Assembly (NCBI GenBank): GCA_951406725.2
Contig: OX597817.1
Location: forward strand, 70,742,001-70,806,000
Reading direction: 5' to 3'
From: Octopus vulgaris
Lineage: Eukaryota
Length of the DNA stretch: 64,000 nucleotides
In this document: in pieces, positions 25,079 to 40,322 of the stretch
Layout: every line of letters begins with the position of its first letter
Position numbering within the stretch: the first letter of the stretch is position 1
Notes under the pieces: generated by a model
What the model was told of the DNA's origin: nothing
What the model saw: the letters and a program-made list of their open reading frames with translations, nothing else
Databases searched by the model: none
Position numbers and translations under genes: made by a program

Positions 25079-26869
25079 GAACTTTCGACTGATATTTGTT
25101 CTGAATTTTTAAAGTTTGATTTATTTTGTGATCGAAGTACGATTTCTTTGTTTTCTTTTCATCTTTTTACTAATTTCAGTTGTTGGACTACGATCATGCT
25201 GGAGCACCGTCTTGAAGTATATTTAGACGAATAGATCGGTCCCCAAGACTTCTTTAAAATAGGAAACCGGGTACTCATTCTGTCGGCCCCTTTTGAAGAA
25301 CTGCTAAGGTCGGGGACAAACCTACACTGGTTGTCAATCGGTGCTCGTAGACAATCACACATGCACACACACACACAACGATCTTTCACAGAGTTTCCGT
25401 CTACCAAATTCACTTAGAAAGCATTGGTCAGCCTGAGCCTATAATAGAAGACAGTTGCCCAATGTGCCGCGTGGTGGTACCGAACTCCAAACCATATGGC
25501 TGCAAAGTAAGCTTTTTAACCACTCATCTATGCCTACGTAACACATAATTTTACATTTATTTTTTCATGAATTGGTTTCCGAAGAAAGTTCTCTGTTTAA
25601 CTGTGAAACCAATAAATACCGTTTTTTCTCAACTTTGGAGTGAAATAATTTCGCCATTTTTACATTCTTAATTTCGTAGTTTACAGATATATTCAAAAAG
25701 GGGTCGTTCAGTTTTGTTATAGAATTCACTAAACATTTTCTGTGCTAATTATTTCACGCTCGGTTGTGATGAGTACCGTCCAGAGTGTCATTCTCTTCAG
25801 CTGTTCATCCTGGATGTTCTATTAGACCAAAATTTGAGAGAACGTTTATATCTGGTCGCTGAAAACATTTTACATGTTACTTACCTTTACTCGCTCGCGA
25901 GTGACGGCTAGTGAGAACTATAGTTATAGTTCTCAGACTATAATTATATCTCGTGGCCACATTTCTGACATAACTAAACGTTTCGTTCAAATTATCTGCT
26001 GTTGTTTTTGTACAACTTTTATTGACATAATCATCATTAATTATAATAATAACTATCCTCAAGTCTCCGTCATAACACAATCTCATTTGTTCACGGTGCA
26101 TGTTGTATTTATCTTTATCTACTTCATATATTGCCAAGACATATCCTTCCAAGCGTGAAATGATTTACAGATCTTTGATTCAAGTTAATTAACTCGAATT
26201 TTGTATATGAATAATTGAATATAATTATTAGAATTCACAAAAGCTAATAGTTTTGTGCTCTGCTTCAGTAAAAAATACATACAGTGGCAGCTTAAGAAAT
26301 ATCTTCCACGAAGTTTTTCTTTTTCGAAACTTTCAAAATGTTTCCTCTACACCAAAGAATCCTAAAATATTTCATATATATATCTTGTGTTCTCCTTTTT
26401 ACGACGTTCACGTGTTCGAGTGTAACGTGTTAAACAACATTAAGCATGGAACGAAGTCGAAGGCGTAATCGAAAATTTTAGTTGAGTGAAACAGTGCAAT
26501 GAAGATATGTACATTCTATGCATCAACATAAAAATAACTAAATTTCTAAAGTGCTAACAGATCTCATTCGTTGTAATTATCCTACTTAAAGAACAGCAGA
26601 TCGAAACAATCGGAGTGTTGAGAAATGCCGTGTGGCATTTGGTTGCGGTTTTATATTCTGAATTCGAATGTCAATGAGGTTCACATTGATCTAGGTTAAT
26701 GCAATAAAGTGCCAGTCACCTACTGGGGATTCTGAGTTTGATATGAATGTATGAGTTTGATATGAATGTCATTTGCTGTTTTCTTCTTCTTCCAATCAGG
26801 ACTCACATCATTAACCACAAAGAATAATCCCTAATTCGAGACTACTCTAAGCTGCTAAGAATGCATGTA

Positions 26870-27272
26870 GCAACTTGAAGATCCACTCACCACACGCGAT
26901 AGACTGGCGGTTGCACGGGCGCGAAAGCTACGTTTTTATCTTCATTCCATAAACGGTGGCTTTTAACGGGCGGAGAGCTGAACCATCCTGGGGTACAGAG
27001 GATTTGCAATCTAGACCAGAGTCTGAAAGTTTACCACACCATAGTGGGTTACACCATGGTTCCTCTATTTTGTGGCAGAAGTAGGAAGAAAGAGTGAGAG
27101 AAAGTTGTTGTGAAAGAGTACAGCGGGGTTCACCCCCCACCCCCCGCCAGAGCATCGTGGAGCTTAGGTGTTTTTGTTCAATAAACACACACAATGCCCA
27201 GTCTGGGAATCGAAACCGCGTTTTTACGACCGCAAGTCCGCTGCCCTAACCATTGGGCCATTGCGCCTCCAC
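26870..27272 (-). mobile_element. OR-type SINE with divergent 3' part
   Basis: Head at 27200-27272; body to ~27083, then sequence unrelated to tail 1; 3' boundary uncertain. Confidence 0.65.
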
Positions 27273-28861
27273 TATTGCTGTTGTTGTCTGGCCCTCGGGT
27301 TACTCCTTATCAAGCAGATCTATGAACATAGCTCTGCCAGCTAATTCGCGACATTATCCATGATTCCTTCCTTGTCGTTGATATTACTTAGCTCCCAGAT
27401 CAATCATGTTCGATCATGTCTATGTCGAACGTGCTTCCCAATGCATACTTTCTTTACGCAGCAGAACGTACTTTGTGAGAGATTTCACTGCAGTTTCTAG
27501 CAGGTCGCGCGACAACATAAAATACCCCTCTTCCCGACAATTGAATACAATATTCAGCAGGTTAACTTTTATTTTACCATTACTAATTCAATACTCACCA
27601 CCATTATCCCAATACTCTTTCATTGTCGAAACGCCCCACCCACCACCACCACCAATACTGGCGTCGTCTTCCTCGTCGTGTCTGTCAAAAACCAAATTAA
27701 TTTTCTTTTCCCAGTAAATATTTTAAAAACATTAACTGAGATTTTGATGGTGTAGTCAACCTAATTGCTTTTTTTTGTGTTTATGAGATTTTGAGTTGTC
27801 ACTCGTGCCGTATAGACAGCGCATTGATAGAGTCATTCGAGCGTTTGATAGAGTACCTTATGGTATTTTGGCTCTCTACATCAAAACTCTGCTGAAGCGG
27901 ATTTTGCCTCTTACCCATTCTAGTTTACACCTCTCTCTTTCACTCTCAGAACAGTCCACATGAAAAGGGTCTGTTATTCAAAAACACATTCACATCGCGG
28001 CCTTATTAGTTCTTTCGTCATCACACTGTGGACTTTTACATTGTTTTAAATTAATCATGAATTATCTTGTAGCTTCAAGATTTCAGTGATGCGGTTGTTT
28101 ATTTTCAGAATGGAGGCTGGGTGCAGCTGGCTTAAACATAAAAGCGGTAGAATATGTGGGCCAGGTATGGCCCGTTTAAATGCTAAAGGGTCAGTACTTA
28201 CTATGCTACATCATCTCTTGTTTCTAAAAAAAATATTATTTATAAACCATGAATTAACACCTTTCATTATGACTCAATTCCGTCCGTGATGCATTTGATA
28301 TTATCAAGTTTTTCTTGGACGTTTCCAGTTTGTCTGTTCCTCGTTCAGTCCTCCATTTCTTGGAAAAGGAATGTTGTGAGTGTTCTCCCACGACCCTTCT
28401 CACGAAGCAGCGTAATCAATTCCGGGGTAGAAGATAATCGAGCCTCTGACTAAGTGGTACTTATTTTTTTATTCATTTCGGGTATATAAAAGACAAAGGA
28501 ATTAAACACTGGCCGCTGAAAACTAGAAGAAGGAACGCAACGTAATTCTCTCCGATTATCTAACACCTCTATCATTTTGCCAGCTAACACCTCTATCATT
28601 TGACTGAGATATTCGTTTACTATATGTTGTTTTACACCTATTACACTATTTCCTCCCCACTTTTTTGCCCGGATCAGAAACTGGAGTTTAACCATTCTTT
28701 CAATATCCATAAATAAATTTATGAGCTACGTACGATATTGAATATATAAGGGCGGTGAGTTGGCAGGATTGTTAGCAGCATTTTGTCCGTGTTCACGTTT
28801 TGAGTTTGAATTCCGCTGAGGTCGACTTTGCCTTCTGTCCTTTGGGGTTGATAAAATAAAT

Positions 28862-29096
28862 ACCTATTTCTTTATTACCCACAAGGGGCTAAACATAGAG
28901 GGTTCAAACAAGGAGAGACATAGGTATTAAGTCGATTACATCGACCCCAGTTCGTAACTGGTACTTAATTTATCGACCCCGAAAGGATGAAAGGCAAAGT
29001 CAACCTCGGCGGAATTTGAACTCACAACGTAACGACAGACGAAATACCGCAAAGCATTTCGCCCGGCGCGCTAACGTTTCTGCCAGCTCGCCGCCT
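28862..29096 (-). mobile_element. SINE family M with Tx1-like tail, tail-to-tail with an older copy (28749-28860)
   Basis: TATTTCTTTATTACCCACAAGGGGCTAAAC tail plus core. Confidence 0.88.
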
Positions 29097-29576
29097 AAAA
29101 TAAATAAGGCAAGATATTAAATATTAAAAATACTAATCTGAAAAAGAAATTAACAACACAGTGATTAAACAAAACAGCGCCGATTATTTTATCTTCTCAA
29201 ATTAACTTCTATAAACAGTTATTTTTCTTCTTTTTCTATTTTTATCACCCGCTCGGCGATAATCGTGAGATCTGATTTTCTTCTCTGTCTCAAAATAGTT
29301 ATTGTAATAACTAATGTTTAATATCGGTTTACATTGAAAATCATTGCAGTCTATTCAGCCAAACTATTCCTTTTCTTTATTTCTTGCAGGAGTTTCGTCC
29401 CTGCGTTTCGTATCATGTGAGAGGAGAGACATTACTTGAGTTGTTGATGGGATAGCTGTTAGCTAACAAAAATTTGTTTTATTTTATTGATTGTTTTCAT
29501 GTCACTGAAACTGATTTTCTCCAGTGGCCAGTCTAATACCAATATTGCTACTAAAAATGCATTGCAACGTATCGAT

Positions 29577-29691
29577 TTCTTCTTCTTCTTCTTCTTCTTC
29601 TTCTTCTTCTTCTTCTTCTTCTTCTTCTTCTTCTTCTTCTTCTTCTTCTTCTTCTTCTTCTTCTTCTTCTTCTTCTTCTTCTTCTTCTTCT

Positions 29692-29768
<77 letters not shown>

Positions 29769-29891
29769 TGCAATTCCTCTTGTAACCACCACCATCATCA
29801 TCATCATCAGCCTCTTTAACTACAATACCTCTTTCTCTTCTTCCTCCTCCTCTTCCTCTTCTTCCTTCTTTCCCCTCCTCCTCTTCTCCCA

Positions 29892-29950
<59 letters not shown>

Positions 29951-29966
29951 AACAACAACAACAACA

Positions 29967-30002
<36 letters not shown>
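29577..30002. repeat. compound trinucleotide microsatellite (TTC/CAT/CTA/CAA)
   Basis: Direct reading. Confidence 0.95.
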
Positions 30003-30003
<1 letters not shown>

Positions 30004-30004
30004 G

Positions 30005-30310
30005 AAGTGTATACTGTTTGCCATATGATTCTGAGTCTGGTGTAGAATTCCTTGATCACTTCAGCTTCCAACACATTATCATCGTAAGACATATCTTCAT
30101 CTATCTTAAGGTATTTATAGTTTTCATAGAATAAAAGAAAAATGATATAAAAAAAAAAAGACATAGATACTAATGGTTTCCTGTTTGGCATGAAATTTCT
30201 CCATGATTTATCGTAATATTTGTCCTACTCAAATATCATTCTAATGTCATCTGAATAGGATTTTATTAAGTAATTTTGTTTATTGGCATCCTGGATGTTA
30301 CTGGCAGAGA
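30005..30310 (-). mobile_element. R4/Dong-like LINE RT fragment
   Basis: YKYLKIDEDMSYDDNVLEAEVIKEFYTRLRIIW resembles 'YKYLG..E...KEY..R.R.IW'. Confidence 0.6.
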
Positions 30311-30801
30311 TTATTGTCTTTCTTTCTTTCTTTCTTTCCTTCTTTGTTTCTTTGTTTCTTTTTTTCTTTTTTTTCTCTTTTACTTACTGGACATCAACGA
30401 AGACTTTGCGGGTGAAGCAGCATTGATTTTTTCTTGGTTATTGAAGTTGTGAGTACATACTTCTTCCCAGGACTGACATAGATATGATAAATGTTTTAGT
30501 GCTATAATTAAAAGAAAAAAAACAAACAAACAAACAAAAAACAAAAAACAAAGAAGAAAAAAAAAAGAAAATACAACAAAGCAAAACAGAGAAGGTTTCT
30601 TATGCGAAATGGCTTCAACTGGTGATTAAAAAATTTTTGTGTTGTAGACCAGACTCGCTGGAAGCGAACCTCTCACTTTATCTAATGGATTAGCCATTTA
30701 CACGGCTGCTAAACAAAACAAAACAAAACAAAAATAGAAACAAAGAAACAAAGAAGAAGAAGAAAGAGAGAGAGAGAGAGAGAGAGAGATGAGAGAGAGA
30801 G

Positions 30802-30836
<35 letters not shown>

Positions 30837-31645
30837 TGAGAGATGTAATCTGATTTTAGATATCATTCCTAACATTTTCAGGTCATACAGACAAGCTTCT
30901 TTCCCAAAACTTCATTACTCAATGATCTCAAGTTGTGTACAAATGAATATCAATGAATTTCTTCCTGTCAAATAAGGATATTTTAGCCATGCTAAACAAG
31001 ATATAATAGCAGCTATATCAACAAGCAAAAACCATTAAAAGGAATCTCGTTTTAATATGCATGAAATTGCGCGCAAGCGTAGACACAGACACACATAAAT
31101 ACGCAGGGATTGAGTGAGAGAGATTCGCAGAGAGTAGGTCGCAGACAACAGGGCTCTATGGAAATAGTGAGTGTCATAGGGGTTAAGAAGCGGAGAATAA
31201 AACCTTTATGGACGTGGATGAACAAAGCTGGCAAGAACAATTTATATTCCCTCATAGAAAAATGCACATGCAACATCCACATGAAAAGCACGTGTCACTA
31301 TGCCAGGTTTGTGTCGAAGGCTGCCGGCTGAAGAATCAATTTGAACGTCAATTCAGGGGCTGCTGCTGCTGCTGCACCACCACCACCACCACCACCACCA
31401 CCTCCTCCTCCTCCTCCTCCTCCCATTCTTTCATTTTCGTCTTCATTTTATCTGCAATGTTGAAGGATGTCAACCATATATATATATATATATGCATGTA
31501 TGTGTGCGTGTGTGTGTGTGTGTGTGTAGTATATATGTATATGTATTTGTACAAATATGCAAATACACTAACAAAAGTGATAGTGGGGCCGGTGTTGTGA
31601 TAATGATGATGATGGTAAGCACGATGGTGTTGGTGGTATATGTGT

Positions 31646-31689
<44 letters not shown>

Positions 31690-31749
31690 GTACACAGTTA
31701 AATACATATAAGCATACACTTACATAGGATAAAAGAAAATAAAGATCCT

Positions 31750-31965
31750 TCCTGAATCATATAGACTCATAGGACCGGTTGCCTGGTTTCCGTGGGGCAT
31801 ATATTCCCCCACCCCTGCCGGTCTCTCGCAGTATTACTCATTTTTGTCAGCTGAGTGGACTGGAGCAACGTGAAATGAAGTATTTTGCTCAAGAACACAA
31901 TGCGTTGTCCAGCCCAGGAATCGATCCTGAGTCTAACACCCTGACCACTAAACCACGCAACCTTT
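31750..31965 (-). mobile_element. CORE-like SINE with tail 2
   Basis: CAGCTGAGTGGACTGGAGCAACGTGAAAT shared with the 14797 element, but the tail resembles 50760-50830; another decayed copy at ~54240-54430. Confidence 0.65.
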
Positions 31966-32186
31966 ACATAGACATATATACCATTACATATATATATAAT
32001 AACATGTTAAGAAATAGGTATAAATACACATATACACGTCAAAACAATTGTAGAAGCAAACACGTTCATCACCCAGCGCATAAATATTAGATATATCTGC
32101 AATAAACATACATATTGCGTACGTATGCGTTGCAACTGCCACATTAATTGTAAGTTGTACCAAGTGCTCAGCCTGTGAAGTATTCC

Positions 32187-32416
32187 TGTTTCTTTATTGG
32201 CCACAAGGGGCTAAACATACAGGGGACAAACAAGGACAGATAAAGGGATCAAGTCGATTACATCGACCCCAGTGTGTAATTGGTTCTTAATTTATTGACC
32301 CCGAAAGGATGAAAGGCAAAGTCGACCTCGGCGGAATTTGAACTCAGAACGTAAAGACAACGAAATACCGCTAAGCATTTCGCCCAGCGCGCTAACGATT
32401 CTACTAGCTCGGCGCC
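32187..32416 (-). mobile_element. SINE family M with Tx1-like tail
   Basis: Core plus tail; flanked by repeated CCTGTGAAGTATTCCT (TSD). Confidence 0.9.
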
Positions 32417-33720
32417 TGTGAAGTATTCCTATTAATATGTTACCTAGGGAAATGAACGAATCACATACTTTCAAAAACGAGCTTATTGTCGAAGAATTTG
32501 GTCATGACGAAATCAAAACAATAGTTAAATCACGGCATTTCTCGGTCAAAGATTCTTTTTGGTAGAGTTACAAGCTTCCGCTTTTCAACTAACTTCATTT
32601 TGAGAAGTTATTTTGCTCTTCTACCCATCACAAGTGATTCTTTAAAAATCAGTCAAAGCGTCTTATGTAGTAGTGCGAAAAGTCCCTGTATAACAGTTGA
32701 TGGACTTCATCCAGCTGAATGCACTTGATCCTGAAGCAAAAGGAAGTTAACTTAAGTATTTGATCTAGAAGGAATATAAGAGGTAAAGACGCAAACGAAG
32801 GTTGTTGAACCAGAATAATTAGTTGCTTGCTCGCATACCCAAAATTTTGTTCTCATTTTCTCCTCTTCTATCTCCCTTTCTGTTGTTTATTAGTCCCATT
32901 TGACCTTCTCTGGCAATTGTTTTCTTTCTATTTCCCTCTCAAAATATTTATAAAACGCCTTGCCATCTAACAAACCCAAGACAATTAGTTCTCTGTAACA
33001 TTGTGCAATAAAGTATTCCCTGAAAGAGATTGTTCCAATTGCACGTGTGTCGTTCATTTCAGAGTTACAAACAATCTCTACGATGAAATGTACATGGGAA
33101 CTAGGTAATATAAACTTATGTTTATCGTAATTTCTCCTACATCTGTTCTGTGTATCCTATCTAGTAATACTACTAATGAGAGTAGTTGCTCAACCACTAA
33201 TTTTGTAAGCCAACTGGACGATGATACGTAACAGCTCTGAACGTACATCTTCTTGCACGCACAAGAATTAATAATGTACATGATAATACACACATACACA
33301 TATATTTGCATACTTGTACGCACACACTCATACACACATATATGTAGATATGTGCATGTATATACGTATGTATGCACGTACATATGTACATTCATACAAA
33401 TATAATCACCCAAATGCATAAACCCATGTGTGTTGGTGTGCGTACGTGCACGCGCGCTTGTGTGCATGTGTGTGTGTGTGTGGGGGGGGGGCGTATTGTT
33501 ACACTAGGGGTTGATTATTTTCTTGCCAATTAAACACATGCACTATTTGTTTGATTATCACTTTAGTTTTTATTCGTATTGATTTTAGTTTATACGTATA
33601 TCAAAGCTCTTCCGTCACACGTTTTGTAATCTCATCTGTGACTCACTGTGAGTTTCCTTTTGTCCTGTTTATTCACTGGTGAGGTCACAGAATGGGTGGC
33701 GAAAGAACTTTGACAGACAT

Positions 33721-33884
33721 AGGCGCAGGAATAGCTGTGTGGTAGGTAGCTTGCTTACTAGCCACATGGTTCCGGGTTCAGTCCCACTGCGTGGCACCTT
33801 GGGCAAGTGTCTTCTACTATAGCCTCGGGCCGATCAAAACCTTATGAGTGGATTTGGTAGACAGAAACTGAAAGAAGCCCGTCG

Positions 33885-33948
<64 letters not shown>

Positions 33949-34195
33949 TGAGTGTGTGTGTATATATATGTACGTGTGTATATGTTTGTGTGTGTGTGTG
34001 TGTTCCCCAACATCGCTTGACAACCGATGGTGGTGTGTCCCCGTAACTTAGCGGTTCGGCAAAAGAGACCGATAGAATAAGTACTAGGCTTACAAAGAAT
34101 AAGTTCTGGGGTCGATTTGCTCGACTAAAGGCGGTGCTCCAGGATGGCCACAGTCAAAATGACTGAAACAAGTTAAAGAGTAAAAGAATAAAAGA
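33721..34195 (+). mobile_element. SINE family C, full length
   Basis: tRNA-like head with GGTTCAGTCC B-box-like motif, internal (TA)(TG) tract, tail GACTGAAACAAGT-AAAGAGTAAAAGAATA. Confidence 0.9.
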
Positions 34196-34661
34196 GACGT
34201 ATAGACTATAATAGGAATAAAAACTAGAATGAAGATCAAATAAATACTATGTGGGCTTAATTCCCCCCCCCCGCCCCACAAAAAACCCCTAACAAAAATG
34301 ACCATCACCATATATAGCACTATCTGTTTCAACACACGTATTCACATCGTGTCGGACGAATGGGAGGGGAGTGATGAATACATGTTGTAGAGTATGTGGG
34401 TTTTCTTAATTCACACTGAAACAGAGACATTGTCGCACGACTCGAGTTTCACGCCAATTTGTTCTTCATGTAAGAACTCGCCTGAAGATCTCGGTGGCAT
34501 GAAATTCGATTTGCAAGATAAAATTTCAGTTTCAATTAAAAGTTGCACATGCATACGCACATATACACGCGCGAACACACACACACGCTCCTAAAATAAC
34601 ACTATACTTGTTCCACGTTCTCGCGTTGTTGTGTTTTCTCTTAGTGTTTTCATGTTTGGAT

Positions 34662-34736
<75 letters not shown>

Positions 34737-34755
34737 TCACAAACTTGTCAGTATG

Positions 34756-34786
<31 letters not shown>

Positions 34787-35388
34787 TCACAAACTTGTCA
34801 GTATGTATGTGCATATTGAGGCAATTACAATTATTCACACTTGATGCGATGAACAAGGGATTATTGTATCCGACAATAATACATCATTAATGGTATATGA
34901 ATATAGGTTAATTAACATTCTCTTCTTTCAATTTACAAGAAATTTCTTTGCTACTTCAATTGACACAGGAAGTAATTTTTATTCTGACAGTATTACGACT
35001 TCCGGAATTGTCAGCTCATTTTTGGTAGTTACCAACGTTTTCTCTATGTTTATTTAATATAAGCATAAAAATTCACCCGATGTGGAGTGCACTATTATCT
35101 TAAACACTTATATCGTATCAATGGATATCTCTTTCTTCCTATCTAACCTTCTGTCTACCTATCTTCCTACTTGCCTGCCCACCTACTTACCTATCTCTCT
35201 GTCTCTTTCTCGCTCTCTCTCTATCTCTGTCTGTTTGTCTCTCTGTCTGTCTTTCTTCTGTCTATGTATGTATGTATGTATGTATGTATGTATGTATGTA
35301 TGTATCTCTCTCTCTCTCTCTCTCTCTCTGTCTGTCTATGTATGTATGTATGTATGTATGTATGTATGTATATATGTATGTATGTAGG

Positions 35389-35573
<185 letters not shown>

Positions 35574-35639
35574 GCCTATTTGCCTCTCCTCCGCCTGCCT
35601 CTCTGTATATGTTTTGTCTATTTGCCTGTATTTTCTGAT

Positions 35640-35915
35640 TGTGTGTCTGTATTTTAATCGCAACAAAGCTGTCTCCTGGATATCATCTGGGATCTTGGAC
35701 AGCAAGTGGTCAAGTTGTTTCTTGAAAACATCTACCCCCACTCCATAGAGATCCCACAGATGTTTTGGCAAGGCGTTAAATAGCTGTGGGGCCCTCGAAT
35801 CTCAAGCTGTGGCAGTACATGGTTCTCACCTAAGATGGGACAGCTGGAACTTTTTGGAACAGTGCAGTGACGTCCAATTCGAGGTCTGGTATAACTCTCA
35901 GTTCTAAATGTTTGG
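35640..35915 (-). mobile_element. CR1-group LINE 3' fragment
   Basis: [36 protein letters not shown], homologous to the C-terminus of ORF 55950-56360. Confidence 0.75.
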
Positions 35916-36349
35916 TGTCATCTCTTTCAGTATCTTCTACACGTATATCACTGCATACTTTTCCTGTCTTCACTACAGGGAGTATAGTATATACACATCA
36001 TACGCAAACAATATACACTCCTCACAATTTTCAGCCACACACACACACACATATGAATATCTGTCTTCACAATTGCTTAAAGAGGAAAAAAAATAACGAA
36101 GAAAACTTTTGTCTCGGACAGAAATCAATTGGACTGCTTAGCAGCGCCAATGTTGCTAACGGAATGACTGAATTAATAGAAAATCTGAAAGACAGCATAA
36201 GAGTGTAGATGAAAGGTCAACATACGAGCGTGTGTTTTTAGGAATTGCACATTTTTAGTTTCGCTGTTATAAGTATGGACTTCGGTGTTTCTTCGCGTTT
36301 ACAATAAAATCATTATTTCTAATTTAGTAGTTTTGAGGGGAGGGGTATA

Positions 36350-36568
36350 GTCGATAGCATGGGCCCCAGTAGTACTTCAGTGGTATTTTATTTTATCAAC
36401 GTCGGAGTGGTAAAATGCAAAACTGGACTCGACGGGATTTGGATTGGGAATATAAATAACCCGGAGACCAGTTCTGTAACACATTTTTTTCTCCGTCGCT
36501 ATAGCAATTCTGCCTACTCGCTGGCTTACGCAATAAAACTACACACGCACACTCAGACACACACACAT

Positions 36569-36631
<63 letters not shown>

Positions 36632-36633
36632 CA

Positions 36634-36714
<81 letters not shown>

Positions 36715-36777
36715 ACATATACACATGAATACACGCATACATATATGCATACATGCACACACATATACATACATACA

Positions 36778-36785
<8 letters not shown>
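36350..36785 (+). repeat. direct duplication, copy 1 (copy 2 at 40793-41135)
   Basis: ~190 bp of decayed SINE plus flank and the following irregular microsatellite are repeated at high identity. Confidence 0.9.
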
Positions 36786-36821
<36 letters not shown>

Positions 36822-37789
36822 CATGCATATATATATATATATCGCATGTACATTATTATTTCCATTAACCTTTTTTCAAGGGATTTATGTAATCTGGAGA
36901 TTTGCAGTCACATACACCATTACACGCAACTTTATTTTATATTTGATGTTTATTACTTGAAGGCTTTCTGAAGATGCGCTGAAGGCATAAAAGTTTGAGC
37001 TGCTGGGCTAACAAAAATAACTTCGCGCGTTTGATTCCTGGACTAGGTGGCGCGTTAGTTTATTTTCTTTAGCTATCTTAATTAGTCTAAATTTATTTCA
37101 TTCTTTGAATAGTGGTTATTTTTAAAGAGTAACTGTAAATTTCAAAACCACTTGTGTTTTGAGCATGTTTTTAATTTATTCAACTCCACATCCTGTTTTT
37201 AAAAACACAAATAGTCTCTAAGAGACAAAGTCTCTAATTGCTTCATTGGATAAGCCCTTATATTCAAATCATATTCAACCCTTTTGAGTAGTTCATTAAC
37301 TTCGTTTATTATCTCACATTTTGTTTACTTAAGGGGGAAATAGCATAGCTTTTTTCCCCCTGACCTTACTTTTCCGTTCCTAAATGATATTTTATCTTGA
37401 GGGTTACACAAATTCTGAAATAGAATGAGCATTTTATTCAATGGAGATATATATTAAGGCCGAAACACGTAAAAGAGTAAACCAGTAATGTTTTTTTTCT
37501 AAAACAGCTGCTTATTTTTCCCCAGTTAATTAATGTCTTTCAAAATACATTTTTAAAAGTCTTTCTAAAAAATTTTATATATGTTCAACTAAATGTGAGA
37601 GAAAATGTTTTATAGATATTTAGCTAAGACTGTTCAGTATTAATTTCGTATTATATCTTAGATGGAAAAATTCGAAGCCTGTTCGATTTTAACCCAGTAT
37701 TTATTTATAGCTTTTCTATTTCGAGTTCAACAATTAAAAACGCATTATTTCACGTTCTCTCGACGTTTCTGAATTTTTATGATGTCGGC

Positions 37790-37892
<103 letters not shown>

Positions 37893-38127
37893 TTTGTGTA
37901 TGGTTATTCGAGTTAAATTTTAGCTCTAATTTCTAGCAAATGTAGGTGCTATTTTGGACCCTCATTTATTAATTTTACTTTTTTGGCATTGAGATAGCCA
38001 CCTATATCATAATATATTAATATAATGTTGTATCTTTTTATATATATATGTATGTACATATATGTATATATGCATATACATATACATACATACATACATA
38101 CATACATACATACATACATACATACAT

Positions 38128-38515
38128 TCTTCACTCCGTCGGTTGCGACGATGAGGGTCCCAGCTGATACGATCAACGGAACAGCTTGCTCGTGATATTA
38201 CCGTGCAAGTGGCTGAGCACTCCACAGACACGTGTACCCTTAACGTAGTTCTCGAGGAGATTCAGCGTGACACAGAGTGTGACAAGACTGGCCCTTTGAA
38301 ATACAGGTACAAGAGAAACAGGAAGAAAGAGCGAGAGAAAGTTGTGGTGAAAGAGTACAGCAGGGTTCACCCCCCCCCCTGCCGGAGCCTCGTAGAGCTT
38401 TAGGTGTTTTCGCTCAATAAACACTCACACTCAACCATGCCCGATCTGGGAATCGAAACCGCGATCTTCCGACCGCGAGTCCGCTGCCCTAACCACTGGG
38501 CCATTGCACCTCCAC
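38128..38515 (-). mobile_element. OR-type SINE inside (TACA)n
   Basis: Homologous to 15635-16019. Confidence 0.9.
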
Positions 38516-38550
38516 TCATACATACATACATACATACATACATACATACA

Positions 38551-38880
<330 letters not shown>

Positions 38881-38972
38881 TTAATCACCTTATTTTAAAA
38901 TTGTATGGATAATACCGTACTAAATTCTGGTGGGTCAACTTAAGTAGCATATTCATCTGAATCTATCGATCT

Positions 38973-39044
<72 letters not shown>

Positions 39045-39377
39045 GTATATATTAATATATATATATATATCTCTCCCTCTTTAATTCCTTCTTTCTCCCC
39101 CCCTTTGGTGCCTTTGTCCCTCTTTTTCTCTCTCTCTTTGATTCCTTTGCCCCCTGTTTTTTCTCTCTTCTTCTCTCCTCTCACATGATCTCAGGATTAA
39201 TCAGCCGAAATTGCGAGGATGATCCGGTTCCTGACTGAAGATTAGACGCTTCGAATGACCCGTCCGTTTTTTGTGTCGTCTCTTTGTGTGTTTTGCGTTC
39301 TTGTCCCATTTTGTATTTTTATATATAATTTTTATACATATATATATATATGTCTATCTATCTATGTATCTATCTAT

Positions 39378-39454
<77 letters not shown>

Positions 39455-39493
39455 TATGACATGTATCGGTATCTAGAAGACCCAAAGTGTGAC

Positions 39494-39580
<87 letters not shown>

Positions 39581-39802
39581 TATGACATGTATCGGTATCT
39601 AGAAGACCCAAAGTGTGACAGGTAACGCTAAGTAAGTGCTACGGACAGACCGTAGTTAAACTCTTGGTTCGATAGTGATACGAGTGAAGAGTCTAATGTG
39701 GGTCCTGTATTAGCATGCATATATATTAGACAAAATGAGATAACAAATCCAAGGCTGTGGAGAGCTTTCAGGACCTTTATAAGGAAAAAAATTATAGATA
39801 TA

Positions 39803-39850
39803 GTATTTCAGCTGTGTCTGGGATATTGTGGATATCCCTTCATCAGAGAC
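39803..39850 (-). ncRNA. minimal hammerhead motif (degenerate 3' half)
   Basis: Minus: GTCT-CTGATGA-A-GGGATAT-ccaca-ATATCCC-A-GAcAC-AGCT-GaA-AtAC. Confidence 0.65.
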
Positions 39851-40282
39851 GGCGTGAGATGGTTAAATAGAGGTAAATATTTGAGTTCGAAAAGGAGGCG
39901 ATAGGGAATATAGAGGGAAATAAGTGAATGAAAGTAGAAATAAAATATATAAAGATATTGTAGTTGCAGTTCCATTATTCGAAGAAAGTGGTGTATAGAA
40001 GTGGTAAAAACTTTTCTGTACGTGGTATGTAAGTTCCAATAGCAGTTCATGTTTGGTCATTTCAAAGTATGGAGCCGTGAATTCTGTGTTGCTCATTCGA
40101 AATGGTTTTGTGGTGTGAATGAAAATTTGAGAATGTAATGGTAATATTTGTGGATAGATGGTGGGGGAGGAGGATATGTATGATTAGAATGAAAGCAGGA
40201 AGAGAAAATGAGAGGAAGAAAGAGAGAAACAAGAGAAAAAAAAGAGAGAAACAAGAGAGAAAAAATTTAACCATCTCACACC

Positions 40283-40322
40283 GTCTCTGATAACCATAAT
40301 ATCCCAGAAACAGCAGTAAGAC
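40283..40322 (+). ncRNA. minimal hammerhead motif, inverted sister (8-nt deletion)
   Basis: GTCT-CTGAT[del]...ATATCCC-A-GAAAC-AGCa-GTA-AGAC; stem I GTCT/AGAC. Confidence 0.65.

Noticed and set aside
29370-29425. Possible micro-exon (TTTCTTGCAG|GAG...CAT|GTGAG)
   Set aside because: Splice-like signals only, with no supporting neighbouring exons or recognisable protein.
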